Shown: in pieces, positions 1 through 14,269 of the stretch | Layout of the letters: the number at the start of each line of letters is the position of its first letter | How positions within the stretch are numbered: position 1 is the stretch's first letter | Program-made: the position numbers and the translations under genes | The notes under the pieces: generated by a model | What the model was told of the DNA's origin: nothing | The model's input: the letters and a program-made list of their open reading frames with translations, nothing else | Databases searched by the model: none | Source of the DNA: Perkinsus chesapeaki ATCC PRA-425 | Lineage: Eukaryota; Protista; Perkinsozoa | DNA length: 59,314 nucleotides | Reading direction: 5' to 3' | Assembly (NCBI GenBank): GCA_013115145.1 | Contig: JAAPAO010000165.1 | Span: 1-59,314 of the forward strand

Positions 1-1793
1 TAGATTGCCAAACTAACGACCACGAGGGCGTGGGTTCTAGCACCCCGGAGGGCCTCGGACTGCACTGCGCTAGATGTTCTGTTATGCAGTTAGGAAGTCT
101 GAGGGGAGAGTAAGATGTTCTCAGAAGGAATGCATTTGATGTTTCTCCTCCACCTGGCAACATTTTCTGCCAATTTTCCATCATATCTCCACGTTAGGAC
201 CACTTTTGGATCTTCTAAGCTAGAAGACATTTCTGTAAGACTATATGACTCTCTCGAATCTATCCTTCTGACTCTCTGGGCTTTTTCTTTCCACTGCTCT
301 TATCTGCCGATAGAAACATAAGCGGTACGAACATCGATATCTTTCCGATAAATCCTTGGTGAGTAAATGAAAGTCTTTGCTGTGAGTTCTCTCAAGCGCC
401 TGATAATAAGGACTGCATGTTGAAGAGAATTAACTGAGGAAGGGTGGCAAATGATTCGTTCTCAGGCTCCACGGTTATGCTGGCCATACCGGCGTGTTTG
501 GACTCCATAAAGCTAACTGATGACGTGGTGAGTTCTGAGGGTCTCGCACGGCTGAGCGACATACTTGTTATTACCTGCCTACTTTTGCTGCACTTTCGCA
601 CGATGCTCGCATACCTGATCTTAATATCTCTCATTGGCGAGCAGCGTACTGATCAAGGTGACGGAATTTCAGAGACATTTAAGTTGCCGTCTAGCTCATT
701 TCGAGCTAGCGGAGACTCAACTCTGCCCTAGTGTTGTTTAAATCCACTGGATTCTGCTGCAGCCATTCTTTTCATCTGTAGAGAGAGTCCAGTAGCACCT
801 TAGAGGAGGGATTGGCCTATTCGTTGGTCGTTATGCTCGATTTCTAACTCGCCTCTTGGTTAGGTTTTCGAGGAATGGACAACACGCTTCCTGTCATGCC
901 TCACTGAGAGCAGTTCCGAAAGTATCCTGAAGGACACTAAGAATGAAAAAGCCATTGGCGCTACGTTGGTGTCGCTTGCTCATCTGCAAGTCGGTCCGCC
1001 AGGGCTCACAAGCGGTAAGCGGCTGAGTGTCCACATCTCTATAACGTTCGCCTTGAGGTTCTGTGAGTCTTACATCGATACGCTTTAGGTGGGGCACTGT
1101 AGTTATGGAACTCCAAACTAAATACTGTATAGATCTTCGTCGGAGAGCCCATTTCATTCAGTATGTCTAGAGATCAACAGGAGTCAACTTGGTGACATAG
1201 TGGTTACGCATATTCGAGATTTCAACAGTTATATGGTAACTACTGACACCATGACAGTGGCAATCCGAAGCTCCGGGGACTAAAAGTATCACGAGTATGG
1301 TATCATATAGTTAGCATATGTTTCTGCGGGACTACAAGACGACGCTGTACTACAGCGTATGTAGGCATCATGATGGTCAGTCGCCTTGATGGTTCATCTG
1401 CTCCCAAGCAATGCTTGGGAAGCATCGACCGTAGTCGAAATCTTGCCAGAGAGCTCCATTTTAGAGTTTCCTGCACTTGTTGCCCCTGGACCAGAGGTCC
1501 TGGTCGATTTCATACTAACCCAACACTGTCTTCTTAAGCCAAAATGAGAATGATAATATGTAATCGAAGGAAAGAAAGGGATTCTATTAGCACCAACCAA
1601 TATAGTTGCATGCAATTCAGCTACAATGGGAAGTGCACGGAACTACAAGTAAACAAGTTTGAGTCCGCACACAGTCACACACTACCGTGAATACAATACA
1701 GGATAGAAACGACCTGCTCAAAGCGAGCCGATTCGACCTGACGTATAGGTCAGACCTATTAGGTCTGAATAAGCGACCACAAAATGACAGGGT

Positions 1794-2249
1794 TTAACAT
1801 GACTTTGTCGAGAAAGGCTCGTAAACAAAGTCATAGTTTGGTACCCAGATAGTACTATCCGCGACTTTAATGAGATCGATGATGTCATCGTTGTAGTAGC
1901 CATCAGTGGCTCTGATGAAATCTTCATAACCATCCGCCAGCTCGATGGGGTATTCGGGATCTTTCGTCTGAGACTCGTAGTGACAAGGATAGGATTGGTG
2001 AAGTCCAGATTTTTCGTGAGGATAGAAGATAATAACATTATTAACTGCTATCACCTGAACCTTCTGCAGCAGCCATTTGGTGGAACCGGCACAATAAACA
2101 CCACTTTCGGGCATGCCGTTTACCGAGGCTCCCAAGGAGCTCTTGTCCATAGAGTCCACATGAGTAGCATTATGATGAATGTCGACCGACTTGGCCTCGC
2201 AAGTGTTGGCAGTAACCAGGGCAACGATGATATAGACGAAGGGAATCAT
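1794..2249 (-). CDS. Intronless secreted protein, 151 aa, unknown function (paralog of 54873-55295)
   Basis: Clean ATG-to-stop ORF with a hydrophobic N-terminus (MIPFVYIIVALVTANTCEA). Shares VIIFY, SY.CHY, L.DGY.D.I and DF.YE.F motifs with the ORF at 54873-55295. Confidence 0.75.
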   Translation of the reverse strand: MIPFVYIIVALVTANTCEAKSVDIHHNATHVDSMDKSSLGASVNGMPESGVYCAGSTKWLLQKVQVIAVNNVIIFYPHEKSGLHQSYPCHYESQTKDPEYPIELADGYEDFIRATDGYYNDDIIDLIKVADSTIWVPNYDFVYEPFSTKSC

Positions 2250-3189
2250 GTGGAGGGGGAGTTGGATAACTTTTTCTGAGTGGAAAACGATGATGTTTGA
2301 AGGTTCTGGTACGTGTAAATGTTATAATACTCATCGGCTATACTATATAACATTATGGCCACAATAGAGCGAAGTTATGAGTCCATCTGTTATACCAAAA
2401 AGATAAACAGGAAGCCTTTGGATGAGCTGCAAGAAACGCAGTATTGGCAATACAAAATTTTCGTGAAACTCCACGGCGGGCAGTCAAACGACGAATAGAA
2501 CGATGATCCTCTACACAGTTCTGTAGCTAGTTTGGCCATATCGGTGACAGATGATCGCTCACGTCACTGGAGCGACATCTTCTCAAGTTTCCTAAAATAA
2601 AGACTCAGAGACTCTTAGTAAGAGTTACGACTCGTCACCTACGAAATAGAACCTATTGACTAGCTCAATGCCCGGTTTCCTGCGGTACCGCACGCTAGGG
2701 GAGGATGGCAAGAGGGACAAAGCACTGAGCGCACTCACGCAGTGTGTGAAGGGAGCCGTCGACCGTTGATAAGTCGGCGTACGTGTCGCATTTGGCCGTC
2801 GCCGTAATTTTTTTATATTCTGCAGTGTATTAGCTTTTGTGGGCAGAAGGTTGTTCTGCACACGTGGAACTTGGTGTCAGCCCAACTTGGGTGGCCCTGG
2901 GCCGTGGGCCACTGGCCCAAGGTGCGTTATTGAAGAAATAGGTTTAAGAAGGTTCGCCAATGCGCTGTCTCCGCGCCTGGGCCCATTTTGTCCCTTTCGG
3001 AATTGGGTGGTTGCGCACTGAAATGAGGTACTACTTCGAGCTAGTGGTTCCCGACATTCTCCCTTCAAGCTTGTCCGTACAGTGTCGGCGCTTTCATTGT
3101 CGACGATTGGATTTGAGCTCACGCACGTCCTAGTGGGACCGTGTTCTCACCGAAGTCCATCGGTTCATACCACTCGTAGACTGGGCAGG

Positions 3190-4450
3190 GCCCGGGGACC
3201 ATGAAGTGGGTATTCTCTGACCAGCACAGTCAACCGCTGTTTCACTGTGGTGTTTCTTCTGCTAGTAATTGACCGATTTTCCCACACGCTATGTCGTATG
3301 CATCGCAACTGACGTGGAGCTCAATAGTCTCGGATAAGGCTCACCTAGTTGGCGAGTATGTGAAAATAAATTCTGAGTCCTCTCGAGTTGGTGCGCCTCT
3401 CAAGACCTGCTGTATATAATTATGCGAACCGAGGCGTGACAAATCTTTGCGGTGAAGTTTATAGTTTCATCATGAAACTTTCATGCTATCCCGGCACAGC
3501 ATGTTCGCTGAGATTGTTGAGCAGACAGGTGACCTGTGACACAGGTAGCCGGTTTCACGCACTCGAGGATACTGCCCGACCCAGCGGGTACCTTCAGAAC
3601 ACCGAGTGCATAATTTCCGGGAAAAATATGCACCCTTTGCTACAGTCCCATCAATGCCTGGTATTCTGTCAAAATAATTTTGGGAGTGGACTGGATGTTT
3701 AAGATCTTCGTTGCATTTGACGTCATAGACCTCATCGACAGGAGGACTTCCGAAACTGCTCAAGCTGTTGATCTAAGGGCTTTGGAAATTGAATTCAAGA
3801 GCCAAGATAATACGACAATAACACACACTGCCTTTACTAACGCAGACTTCTTCATGTATGCTCTAAACTGCCGTTCAAAGCACTGCAGTGCAAAGTACAC
3901 GTGATGTGATTCCCCAGAAAGAGACACTTTCAAGGACTTCAGAGGAGCTTCAAGACTGGATGCGCCGGAATAAACTATATTGTGAATCTGCTCCTGGAAT
4001 TTAGAGATGACTCGACTGAGAAGAGGTGCAAATTCTCGAGCACTGCTCTAAGCAGGGGCATATTGGCGCATGTACTCTCACCAAATGACTCTCCCACTGG
4101 ATTACCGACTTCAGCAACGTTGCCTGTCACAGGTGCACTTGGCGTCTTGCTAGATCGTATGGCGGCGTATATCCGTCAAGGAGATAGTCACCGAGGTCAG
4201 AATCGAATGATAACGCCTATTGGGGAGCCTCGACAGGTTCTGGCGCTTTGTCCGCACGCGCTCTGACTACCTTTGTGAAGGCATTCGGCAGTCTTGCAAC
4301 AGGAGGTCTTTCAAATTCCAGCCAGGACTCTCTGAAGAGTTTCAGTAAAAAAGATCTCCGTGAGAATTCGACCAAGGTAAGTGGTTGGGAGTTCACACTG
4401 TTATCGATGAGACATCTCGCGGTGCATTTGGGTAACTATCGATATTGTTG
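3190..4450 (+). mobile_element. Possible degenerate Ty3/Gypsy integrase remnants
   Basis: Stop-interrupted fragments resemble integrase motifs: LLVIDRFSH (~3258-3287), GHIG...CHRC (~4056-4137), SFKFQPG (~4284-4305) and GKWLGVHTVID (~4376-4408). No intact ORF or LTR seen, and the fragment order is not that of one clean element. Confidence 0.3.
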
Positions 4451-4742
4451 CTCTCCTTAATACAATTAGGATAACCTGATTATCATGATCGTTGTGAGCT
4501 CTGTGAATCACGGACTGATACGAACATCGCAAAGAATCGGAGGGACATGTCAGCAAGCATTATCGTTACGACGCCTCCGCAACTAAGCTCAAGAGGCTAA
4601 GGAAGTTACTCGGCAAGTATCTAAGCTTCAAGCACGCATTAAGTTTTCACATCACGAGAAGTATATTCAAGACTATCAAACCTGTTAACATATTAACGCG
4701 GGAAGTTTACTCTACTCTATCATTCTACATCATTGTTGTTAG

Positions 4743-6715
4743 ATCAGCGAAGTACTCGCGCTCTGCCTCGCCGCCCTCGACCTCCCTAATTCACCGTCGG
4801 ACCGTCTTCTTCACCTCGCCATTGCGGTTGACGAAATTAATGCGAGTGAGTTTTCTCGAGTGCATCTGAACTCGGCTTTGAGTGCTAGGTGATACGCCGT
4901 TGCTTCGGGGAGTTGGAATTGCCGGGAATCAGATCAACCGGCTTGAAGCGGGTTTTGAGAAAGTCGAGATGGAAAGCACGTAGGACGGGGTATGCTGCTC
5001 CATACTACAGCACTTCGCTCTGTCACACATAGGAGAACATTAGACATTGGGCACAGAAGGACCGTTAGGAGGTTTAATGTTTTTCTTTTGGATTACTAAT
5101 GCATCGCCCGAAGTGCGTTTTCTACAAACCGTTGTAACAGAATCAACAGGAAATCTAGCAAGTGTGTGCTGTAGGGGTGCCGAGTGAAGCGGAATGGTCA
5201 ACAGGGTGAAACTCGTTCCTTTATGTTGAAACCGGTTTGTCAGTTACACAATCGATGAGCTTCTGGAACTACTCAGAGTCGCCCATTCCTTAGGGTGGAA
5301 GAACGATAGAATGTGTAAAGCGATTTTAAAAGTCAGCGAGGAGGATGGGATCGGCCCCCATGTCTTCGCTCGATCACTTCCCTATTTGAAGTTCGTCCGA
5401 CCATCTGAGATTGAGATTCTGCAGAAAGCCGGTAGGGGATGACATCATACGCCAGAGTAGTAAGCTTGATCAGTTGAGCTCACGAAAGGCCGAGACGCGG
5501 CGCAGTGCCTGGTGCAGATGGTGTCCATGGATGCTCTATCGTCTGATCTAGACGAGTGCAAGAGACTACTTGGTGAGATGGGTCCAATACTGTATAAGCT
5601 AAACCTTCGGTATTTCCGAGGGTTTTCCCATCGACTCGATGAGAAAGTACAAAGATAATGCAGAATTATGCCTAATGGAGGCTCTGGGAGTGTCAGGAGA
5701 ATCATTACACAGTCTACAAAGTCCAACAAAGTGTTCTTAGAACTCAATCCAATATGGAGCTTGAGATGGGAACTTTGAGCAGGTACGGTCCTCGGCAACG
5801 CACTGTCTGAGGTTGAGGTATGCAAGTTTACAACACAGCAGCTTATCGCTGCTCTTATGAGCGGCGCGTGCACTCCATCACTGAGCGAGCAGGTGAGACA
5901 GAGACTATGGTAAAAAGCAAGCAGATCTTCCCCAGCTGGATCATTCGGTATGGACTTTCGAACTATCTCAACGGTGAACTATCTCTCTCTCTCGTGGTGT
6001 GTTATGCTTGCATATCGGAATGCTTTCAAAAAATTACCTTGAGAAAAATCAAGAGCATGCTGCCAGCGGCAATTTCCCGCCCTCAACCGCATCCTGAATT
6101 CCCCCGCTTTGCTGTAAGCGAGGACAGCTGTATTCAGACGTTTTCTCAACCTTAGTGAAAAATGCTGACGGTTTTCCAGAACACGTGGGAAGCACACTTG
6201 GAATCATTTCTGTTCACCTTTTTTTCCAGCTCCTCCTAAGTGAGAAGGGTGACTTAGCCCGACTGGTGGAAGATCCCACCTCCTCCCCTATCCCTTTCAT
6301 GGTTCTTTTTCAGATCTTCAACAGTATCTCTGAGAGAATTTCGACGATCGGCAGCTCGCAAATTGAGCGCATATCCTACGATTTCCATCACCACGCGATG
6401 ACACATTTGTCGATGAAAAGTCGAGCTGATATGGTAAGGAAAGTCAGAAAGAAAAACGCTGGTGTACGTGACTTAGCGGCCTAATTAGGATTTGGTGCCA
6501 CTCTAGGACAATAGCGATTCAGTTTACCTTTTGCCACCTTACTACTGTGGTAACGGCAGCGCTTATTATAATACACTTACAAAATGAGTGTAGTGTTGGA
6601 CGTCAAACCGTAAGTCTTTTAGGCACGGCGATTTCGCGACTTTGCTGGTCTAGCTGATGATGAAGATTCAGCCTCACAATGGCGAGATGCAGCTTTCAAC
6701 ATATGGCGAATATGA
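4743..6715 (+). CDS. Multi-exon hypothetical protein, possibly helical-repeat (OPR/HPR/RAP-like); 5' end unresolved
   Basis: Several GT-AG-bounded open segments (ISEVLALCLAALDLPNS..., EVCKFTTQQLIAALMSG, IFNSISERISTIGSSQIERIS). Last exon ARRFRDFAGLADDEDSASQWRDAAFNIWRI ends at TGA 6713-6715. The repeat-family call is weak. Confidence 0.5.
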
Positions 6716-7564
6716 TATGAGACAACTACATGCAACGTTTCACTTTCATTGTTTCTGTTTTACTAATTGGCTTCAGAGTTGCAGCACTGATACGATACGT
6801 CAACTCACAGTGAGCTGAAAAGGATCACGCTTGCATCTGCGGGGCTTGTGCCATGAACCTCAGAGCAGTATCCGGCCTAAGTTCATCGGATCATTTGTCA
6901 GTCCAACGGTTGAATCCCTATTTCGAGATCAGAATTTACCTCCATTATGTTTCGCTGGCTCCCCCTCGCCCGGCCGCGATTCGCTAATGTAGCCTCTGCA
7001 GACTCAGCAGTGCCGATTTCTGTCATATCGGCTACCACAGATGTCGCTGTCAAAGCACGCAAGATGCAACTGGGGGCCAACCGAGCACGGTGAGTTGTGC
7101 TGGTTGGTATATTCCTATTCGACCCCATGATGCTCGTATGACTTGCCGCTCCTAATACGAAGTATAGTCAAGCTGGGCTACTTCCTTGCCTTCACCATGG
7201 TATGCCTTATTGCCAGAGTTTAGGCAGATGTTAATAGTACTGCGTCGTAGACACTCCGCGCCGCGGAGTCCGCGGGGTTAATGGTGGTGACTTGCACATT
7301 GGATTCAGCCCGGCGACATTCATTGTTGAAGTGGAGCTCAGATAAGCTTATAATTCTTCTTCAGGACGCTATTGAAGTTGACTCGCGACCTCTCGGATGA
7401 GCATGACCCATCGAGGCCCAGGAGATCAGTTCCAAAAAACGGCTTTAAAGCGCAGCTCATAAATCACGCTGTAGCTGCTACCAAATTAGTAGGCCTAGTT
7501 ACCTTAGTCTATAGGAATTACTACATAATGCTCTTGTGGACGTTTTTAGGTTAGCCGGGATGAA

Positions 7565-10448
7565 ATGAGTGCATGGGACAACGATAAAAGCGATCGAGGT
7601 AAGATCCTCGCTGTATTGCCGAGACTTTCACGCATTTCATCAACAAGCTCGAAATAATCGAGCGAAGGACTTCATACTGCCTCGTGAAGTAAAGATTCAT
7701 TTTGCTGGTATGGGGTAGCTGCTACTTCGCCGTTCCGTACAAACTATCCCTGCTGAGCAGGAACTGAAGAGGGGGCACAAGTCCGAGTTGCCGACTTGTC
7801 TCGTGTTCGGCACCCACCAGAATCAGAATATTTCAGGCTCGGTCATTGTTGCCAACTTCTTCGACACGCTCGCCGCCAGAGCAGTTTCACTTTCCTCGAG
7901 CCTGACAGCCGCTGAAATCGGTGTCATTATGGCGGCATTCTCGAGAGTGGGAGTTTATCACGAGTTCATGGTGGGTATTCGAAGAAAGAGACTTCTACTC
8001 TTCGGGGTTTGAAAATCGACGGTTCGATTCTGCTTGTTTAAAATGACCACTTTGTTGACGTGCGCGACTTTATTTTTTTTATTTCCACTAAATCGACTCG
8101 ATAGAAACATCTGAAGCTCATGTCGAGATGTGGCTCCAGTTTGCGATTCTTGAATTTTTCGTATTATAAAATTTCCTGTCTTAGTGCTGCTCCTTTTGTT
8201 TCGACTCTGATAAGGTATAAGCGAGGAAGTAGCCCTAGGTATCTCCTAACTGCACTTCTCAACTAACTCTTCACTGCGTATAACAGATCTTCTCGTGCTC
8301 AGATGGAGACTTTGAGGAGTCGATTGTTTGTGGACCGTTTGATTGACGAAGCACAGCCGTCTACTATTGCTGCGGTAAGAAGCTTTTGCTGCGTATAACC
8401 CTTTTTATATCCCCGCCATTTTCAACAATTACCGTATAGGCTATGCGGTGCGAGTATCATTTTCCATTGCTGTTGGCAATATCTCACTCATACTTTTACC
8501 AGCACGGACTTCAAAACCCTCCAGGTGGCACACTTGTTCTAGACGGCTACAGTTTGTCTAACCTCAAGAACGGAGGATTTAGTTTCTCAATGAAAAACTA
8601 AATCCTCCGTTCTTACGGCGAATTGAAAGGCTATTTTGCACTGAACGAAACCCTTGCTTGGGACCAACCACGAACATGAGCTGAAAATGAAACAATGATT
8701 GCGACATGTTCTTTCACAGGTTTGCTGGTCATACGTTACCTTCAACAGAATCGAAGGGGATGCTGCGTCAGCCATTGCAGAGCGTCTACGCAAACTGCTT
8801 CAGTTCGGCGATGTTCTCCAGCTAAATGGGCATGGTTTCATCGGAATCATACGATACCTATCACAGTAAGACTTTCGGCCTAGCAACAACTACCGTGTAT
8901 GTGGTTTAGGCTAACCAGCCAGGAGAACACTGGCGTGCTCCGCCGCCTCGTGGAGGTAAGAAATATCTTCACTCGGGGCGCGAACTTCACGTGGCTGCGA
9001 TGAGTTCCTCTTTTACTTCCCGCTTTTCGAATTTCAACCCGCAGTGCCTCGTTTCGTACCAGGTTTGATTGCTTGTGGCAATGTAGGTTCAGCTGTCTAC
9101 CGCGCTCGTCGATATGTCGGCGAGTAACCTTTCCGCGCTTCTGGTTTCTTTCGTGGATGCTCACTATCCAACGGAAGTTAACGAGGCGGATATTATTCGG
9201 CAAGTAAGAGCAGTTCTTGGTTCTGCACTTTGCGTGCAGTGCATCCACAAACAAGATTTCAGCATTTAAATCCCTTGCTTCGGTGCTAGATTGATGGCAT
9301 CACCGGAAATGGAACTTCGGAAAAGAGCGTCGTCGTCATTTGTTTTATAAAGTCGCCATGATGACGTGGCGATTCGTTTGTTATACCCGTGAAGGCCGTA
9401 ATGCTAGTGTATACTTTTCAGCATGTTACGAGCGCCGTTGTGAGCAGCCTGCCTTGGTTTTCCCCACGCGAATGCGTTGAAGTGGGGAAGTTCTATTCTG
9501 AATGTAAGCACCTCACGAGAGCTATCTGGGCAGCAGTCGTCCATTTGTCGCACTCTTTGCTTAGTTATCCGCTGCTTTGGTATTGGCAACCAAGAGTCCA
9601 CAATACTAGCACACTGCTTAGGTGAGTAGTGACCACTCCCTTTCCACCAACTCTTGCTTAATTCTTCCAGGCTCTAGTGTAGTTACCGAGTGTCGTGACT
9701 GTGATAGCATTGCCATAGTATTATCGTGCATAGCGTCCTTATCGGCTGCTGGCCACTCGGGTAAGGTTGGCGAAGTATTCGAGGCTAATGAAACACTTGA
9801 AATGCCACAGGTATCCCTGGATGCTCGTTGATGAAAACGCGGACGATAATTGGCCAACTTTTACGCTCTCTCGACTCGGCTGAAGTCGGTGAATCAGCTG
9901 CATTAGTAATTGCTCGGAGTTGCTGCGCTATGAAGGTGAGTGGAGGGGACCTTTTTGCATGTTAGGTGGCTGCGCGGGAATTGGGTTTGCGTGCTCAGAT
10001 ACGCCGAGAAAAACTACAGAGCAGACTGATGACGATACTCGAGGCTGCGGGAGCCATGACACCGGATTTGCGGGACTGCTTCATTGAGCTTGAGATCAAT
10101 TCCACATGAGTTTCTGCACCGTTTCTGGAATTCGTGGAGCTGAGTTCGAGAATCAGTGGAGATGCAACCGTGCAAAGCAGCAGCTGCATTGCAGCGAAGA
10201 GGAATTCAACCCTTCATCGCGGAACACTGCACTGTACAATGCACCCATAAAATCACCAAGAAGGCGGCCGCCGTCCATTCAGGCTGATGCGAGGCCTACG
10301 TCCTCGGGGCAAAGGATATGTCCTGCCCTCAACAACAATTCTTCCAGTAGCAAAAAATTCTGAGTCAGAATTTCTGACTGATTTGGCTCGTTTTGTTGGT
10401 CTAGCTGGTAACGAATATGTAGCCTTGAAAGTTTGGCGAATGTGGTGA
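7565..10448 (+). CDS. Multi-exon hypothetical protein, helical-repeat-like; C-terminus paralogous to the gene at 4743-6715
   Basis: Exons include SLTAAEIGVIMAAFSRVG, IDEAQPSTIAA, IGQLLRSLDSAEVGESAALVIARSCCAMK and VAARELGLRAQIRREKLQ. Ends LARFVGLAGNEYVALKVWRMW at TGA 10446-10448. Start and exact exon chain uncertain. Confidence 0.5.
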
Positions 10449-11062
10449 TCTCTAAGACCATGAGACGTTTCATCATCATTGTTTCTGTTTCACAAAGAGT
10501 TGCAACACTAATACGATACGTAACTCACATTATCTGAAGTACATAATCTACCAACCAATAAACACATTATAGCCGAGGATGTACGTTACCGCACGCTGAA
10601 GATTTCCTTTTTCGACGCAGCTGGTATGAGCACGAATAGTTCCCTAGTCCCAAAGGGTGAGTATTATATCGTACACTACGAGCTGGTACAGAGTTAAAGT
10701 TTTACGCGGTCAAACTGGTACAACCTTAGTTCGCACAGCATAAACCGAGCCGGTTACGACATGATGCTAGTTTAGCACAACGCACAACACCAGCCGCGCA
10801 TCATCCCAGAGACTGATGCCATAGTTCCACACTCGAAGCACCTATCGTTACGAAGGGTGCATAATGGTAAGATAGTAAACAAGTGAAAATGAACTTGAGA
10901 TTCTTCGTTTAGGAACTTCAATTTAGGCACATACTACTTCCCAACTCGATAATAGGAGTTTAAGTATGAAATCCTAGCATCAGATTCACAGCCTGTGTAA
11001 CAATCATGCACTAGTGAACGAATCTGAGTACTGATATTATGAGTTTACTATGTTACAGTTGG

Positions 11063-11371
11063 TCAGTGACCAATGGTCACGGCTATCATAGCCGGGTTAT
11101 GTGCTGGATTCTGTATTATGACCTTGTTATTGACATACCTATGTGACTTTCCCCTGACAGCTTCGGAATCATCGACCCTGTTGCACATAGTTGAAGGCCC
11201 TTTAACTATGTGCAACAGGGGTGCAACCCTCCAATAAAGGGTAAGTTTGAGACTAATAGTCTCGTAACTGCCATACCAGGTCTTGCTCGGAGAGGATGAA
11301 TAAGAAGAGTATGCCATGTAAAGGAGACAAAAAAGGGAACAAAAGATCTGGGAGAAACTGAGGGAGAACAT
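11063..11371 (-). CDS. Putative small secreted or membrane protein
   Basis: 102-aa ORF with a hydrophobic N-terminus (MFSLSFSQIFCSLFCLLYMAYS). No family recognised. Confidence 0.4.
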   Translation of the reverse strand: MFSLSFSQIFCSLFCLLYMAYSSYSSSPSKTWYGSYETISLKLTLYWRVAPLLHIVKGPSTMCNRVDDSEAVRGKSHRYVNNKVIIQNPAHNPAMIAVTIGH

Positions 11372-11392
11372 AAATACGAGGATTCCTAGTAT

Positions 11393-12257
11393 TCATTGCG
11401 TATACTCCGCCAATTCCGTACTCGCAAAGTTAGGGCATGGTTCACTCAGTGAGCTGCGCTGCCCATGGAGCACGATGGCATCGATCAGGAGACGGTATAG
11501 AGTGAACAATAGGGCATAGGAACCAGTGCAGGGACAGAAAACGTAGATCGGGTAGCCAGGTGCAGAGGTTAGAATCTTGGAAACCGTTAGATAACCGTCT
11601 GAATCCTGGTCTATCCTAAAGTAGTCAAAGGCGTACAACCTTGTGAATTCATCTGTGGTTGCTGTTATCATCGCAAGCGTTAGGACTGTTCCAATTGTTT
11701 CTCCTGGAGCGCTCCATGGATGCGCTTTTGTGAATTTCACTCTACGCTTATCTCACGATGTATTACATCGGAGGTTGCATGAGATTGCATGAGATTGTTA
11801 CTCTTACATGATGTAAGAGTGGCAATCTCACGTTGCCACCAGTTTACTCGAGTCCCGATTCGGGAGTCCTGAACGCCTATCTCGAAAAGATAGGGTGGTC
11901 GATCGCACCTTTTCGCACGGTGCGGCGAGCCGATATGGCAATTCAGTCACATGTCGGTGCAGCAGCGTTGTGTCGGGTCTTTCCTGCAGTAACCGGTTTT
12001 CCGGTCGCAAAAACTTTGCGATTAATGTACAAATGCTCTATCACTGCAGCTTTGAACGACACGGAGTCCATCGTGGTCTGTCTGCGGGTCGGACGAACAC
12101 TACCACCGGTAGCAATAGGCTTTTGGAAATGTTGGCCGATTACCAGAGCCAATAATACAAGGAGCACGATGGAAAGAGGCATTAGTATCGCATTATTACC
12201 GCAAATTGCGGTAAGCCTGTCAAACCGCACAGCTTGAGCCTCGGTAGTGCGTCTCAT
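11393..12257 (-). CDS. Putative secreted protein, probably two exons (ORFs 11943-12257 and 11393-11740)
   Basis: Signal-peptide-like MPLSIVLLVLLALVIGQHF in the upstream ORF, followed by a second protein-like open frame downstream on the same strand. The splice junction was not resolved. Confidence 0.35.
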
Positions 12258-13333
12258 CTTGGTTCAGCGTGCAGATGCTGGACGACAAGGGACCCGTTTG
12301 TGGAGACTTCTTGATTATAGTATAATCATTTGGAATTATAAAGAATAAATCTTTCCTTTTTTCATGCGGAAAACTTCCTGTCAGAAAGCATCAAGGTCTG
12401 CTGTGGAGCAAGCAATAAAGATGGCATAAATGCAAGAGGAGGAATATTGGGTGTGGCGGACGGTGACACGCGTCATGGTGGATACCTTAGTTAGGTGTGT
12501 TCCGATACCATGCGTCGTCAGGGTAATGTTCCGAGCTGCTCGTTGCTCCATTCGCTCTATCCACTGTCTAACTTTATACGTCTAGATCGGCGACATTGCC
12601 TCTCCCATGTAGCGATCCTCGAAATCGCACGTAAGTCGATTGGTTGCGCGATTAGATAAGAATGCCGCCTAATCGTCGGATTTGTAGTCGTCTTGCCCAA
12701 GTGTTGAGTTTGTTGTTAATCTTTTCAAACATGGGCTAGCGGTGAGTCCCAAGGTCAACAACACAATCAATGGGACGAGACATTGGGGGCGTGCGACTGA
12801 ACTGCAGATACCAACATCTGGTTGTGTGGTAAACCTCTGGTCCACCCCGCGCATAGCAATGAAGTCTACAGGGCATCGTGGCTGTCCTCGAAGCCCAGAA
12901 AGATAATCTCCGATTCAACTCTGGCTCGCTGTGTCAGGCGAACCTTTGTTAACCTCCTTCCCACATCCCCAGCAAAATTGACATGGGCCAAGTGTAACGT
13001 TTGCGGTATCTGAGCTACCCGTCGTGTTGTGATTCGGAAAAGAAAACTCACAGTTTTGCCCGTCAAGATATATAGTGCACAGAAACTTGATAGGAACCAC
13101 TCTGTGTACTCAACACCTAGACGCATAATATAATCATATGGCTTGGCTTGCAGCGACGAGGAGAAAGAGGGCCATGCTCGGAAGAAAACAACTGTGGTAT
13201 CATAGAAGATGCAACCATAAAGCTCCGAACGCATCACAGGATAGGTAATTCACTCAAATGAACGATAGCAGTGTTGTGATGGCACACAGTAAAAGATGAC
13301 ACGGACCTCCAACACCATGAATGCGACCCGACT

Positions 13334-14034
<701 letters not shown>

Positions 14035-14269
14035 CTATCGGATACGCGAGAATCCAAACACGCATCAGGCGCATCTTTCAGAAACGGCTCGCACTCGGAT
14101 GTAAAAAGCGCACGCCCAGGTAATCGATATGGCACCAGGAGGTCAGGAGGAAGTCAGCGAAATGAAGCGTCATAAAAGTAAGTCGTCGAGTTGTGGAGAA
14201 CGAATATAATGGCCGCCTGGCCGGCAGATGATTTAGAACTCGGTCTCTGCTGACGGTCAGGGTCTGGTC

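Noticed and set aside
894-1157. HLKRIDVR as the Ty1/Copia RNase H KHID motif
   Set aside because: It is a single short motif with no supporting RT or RNase H motifs nearby.
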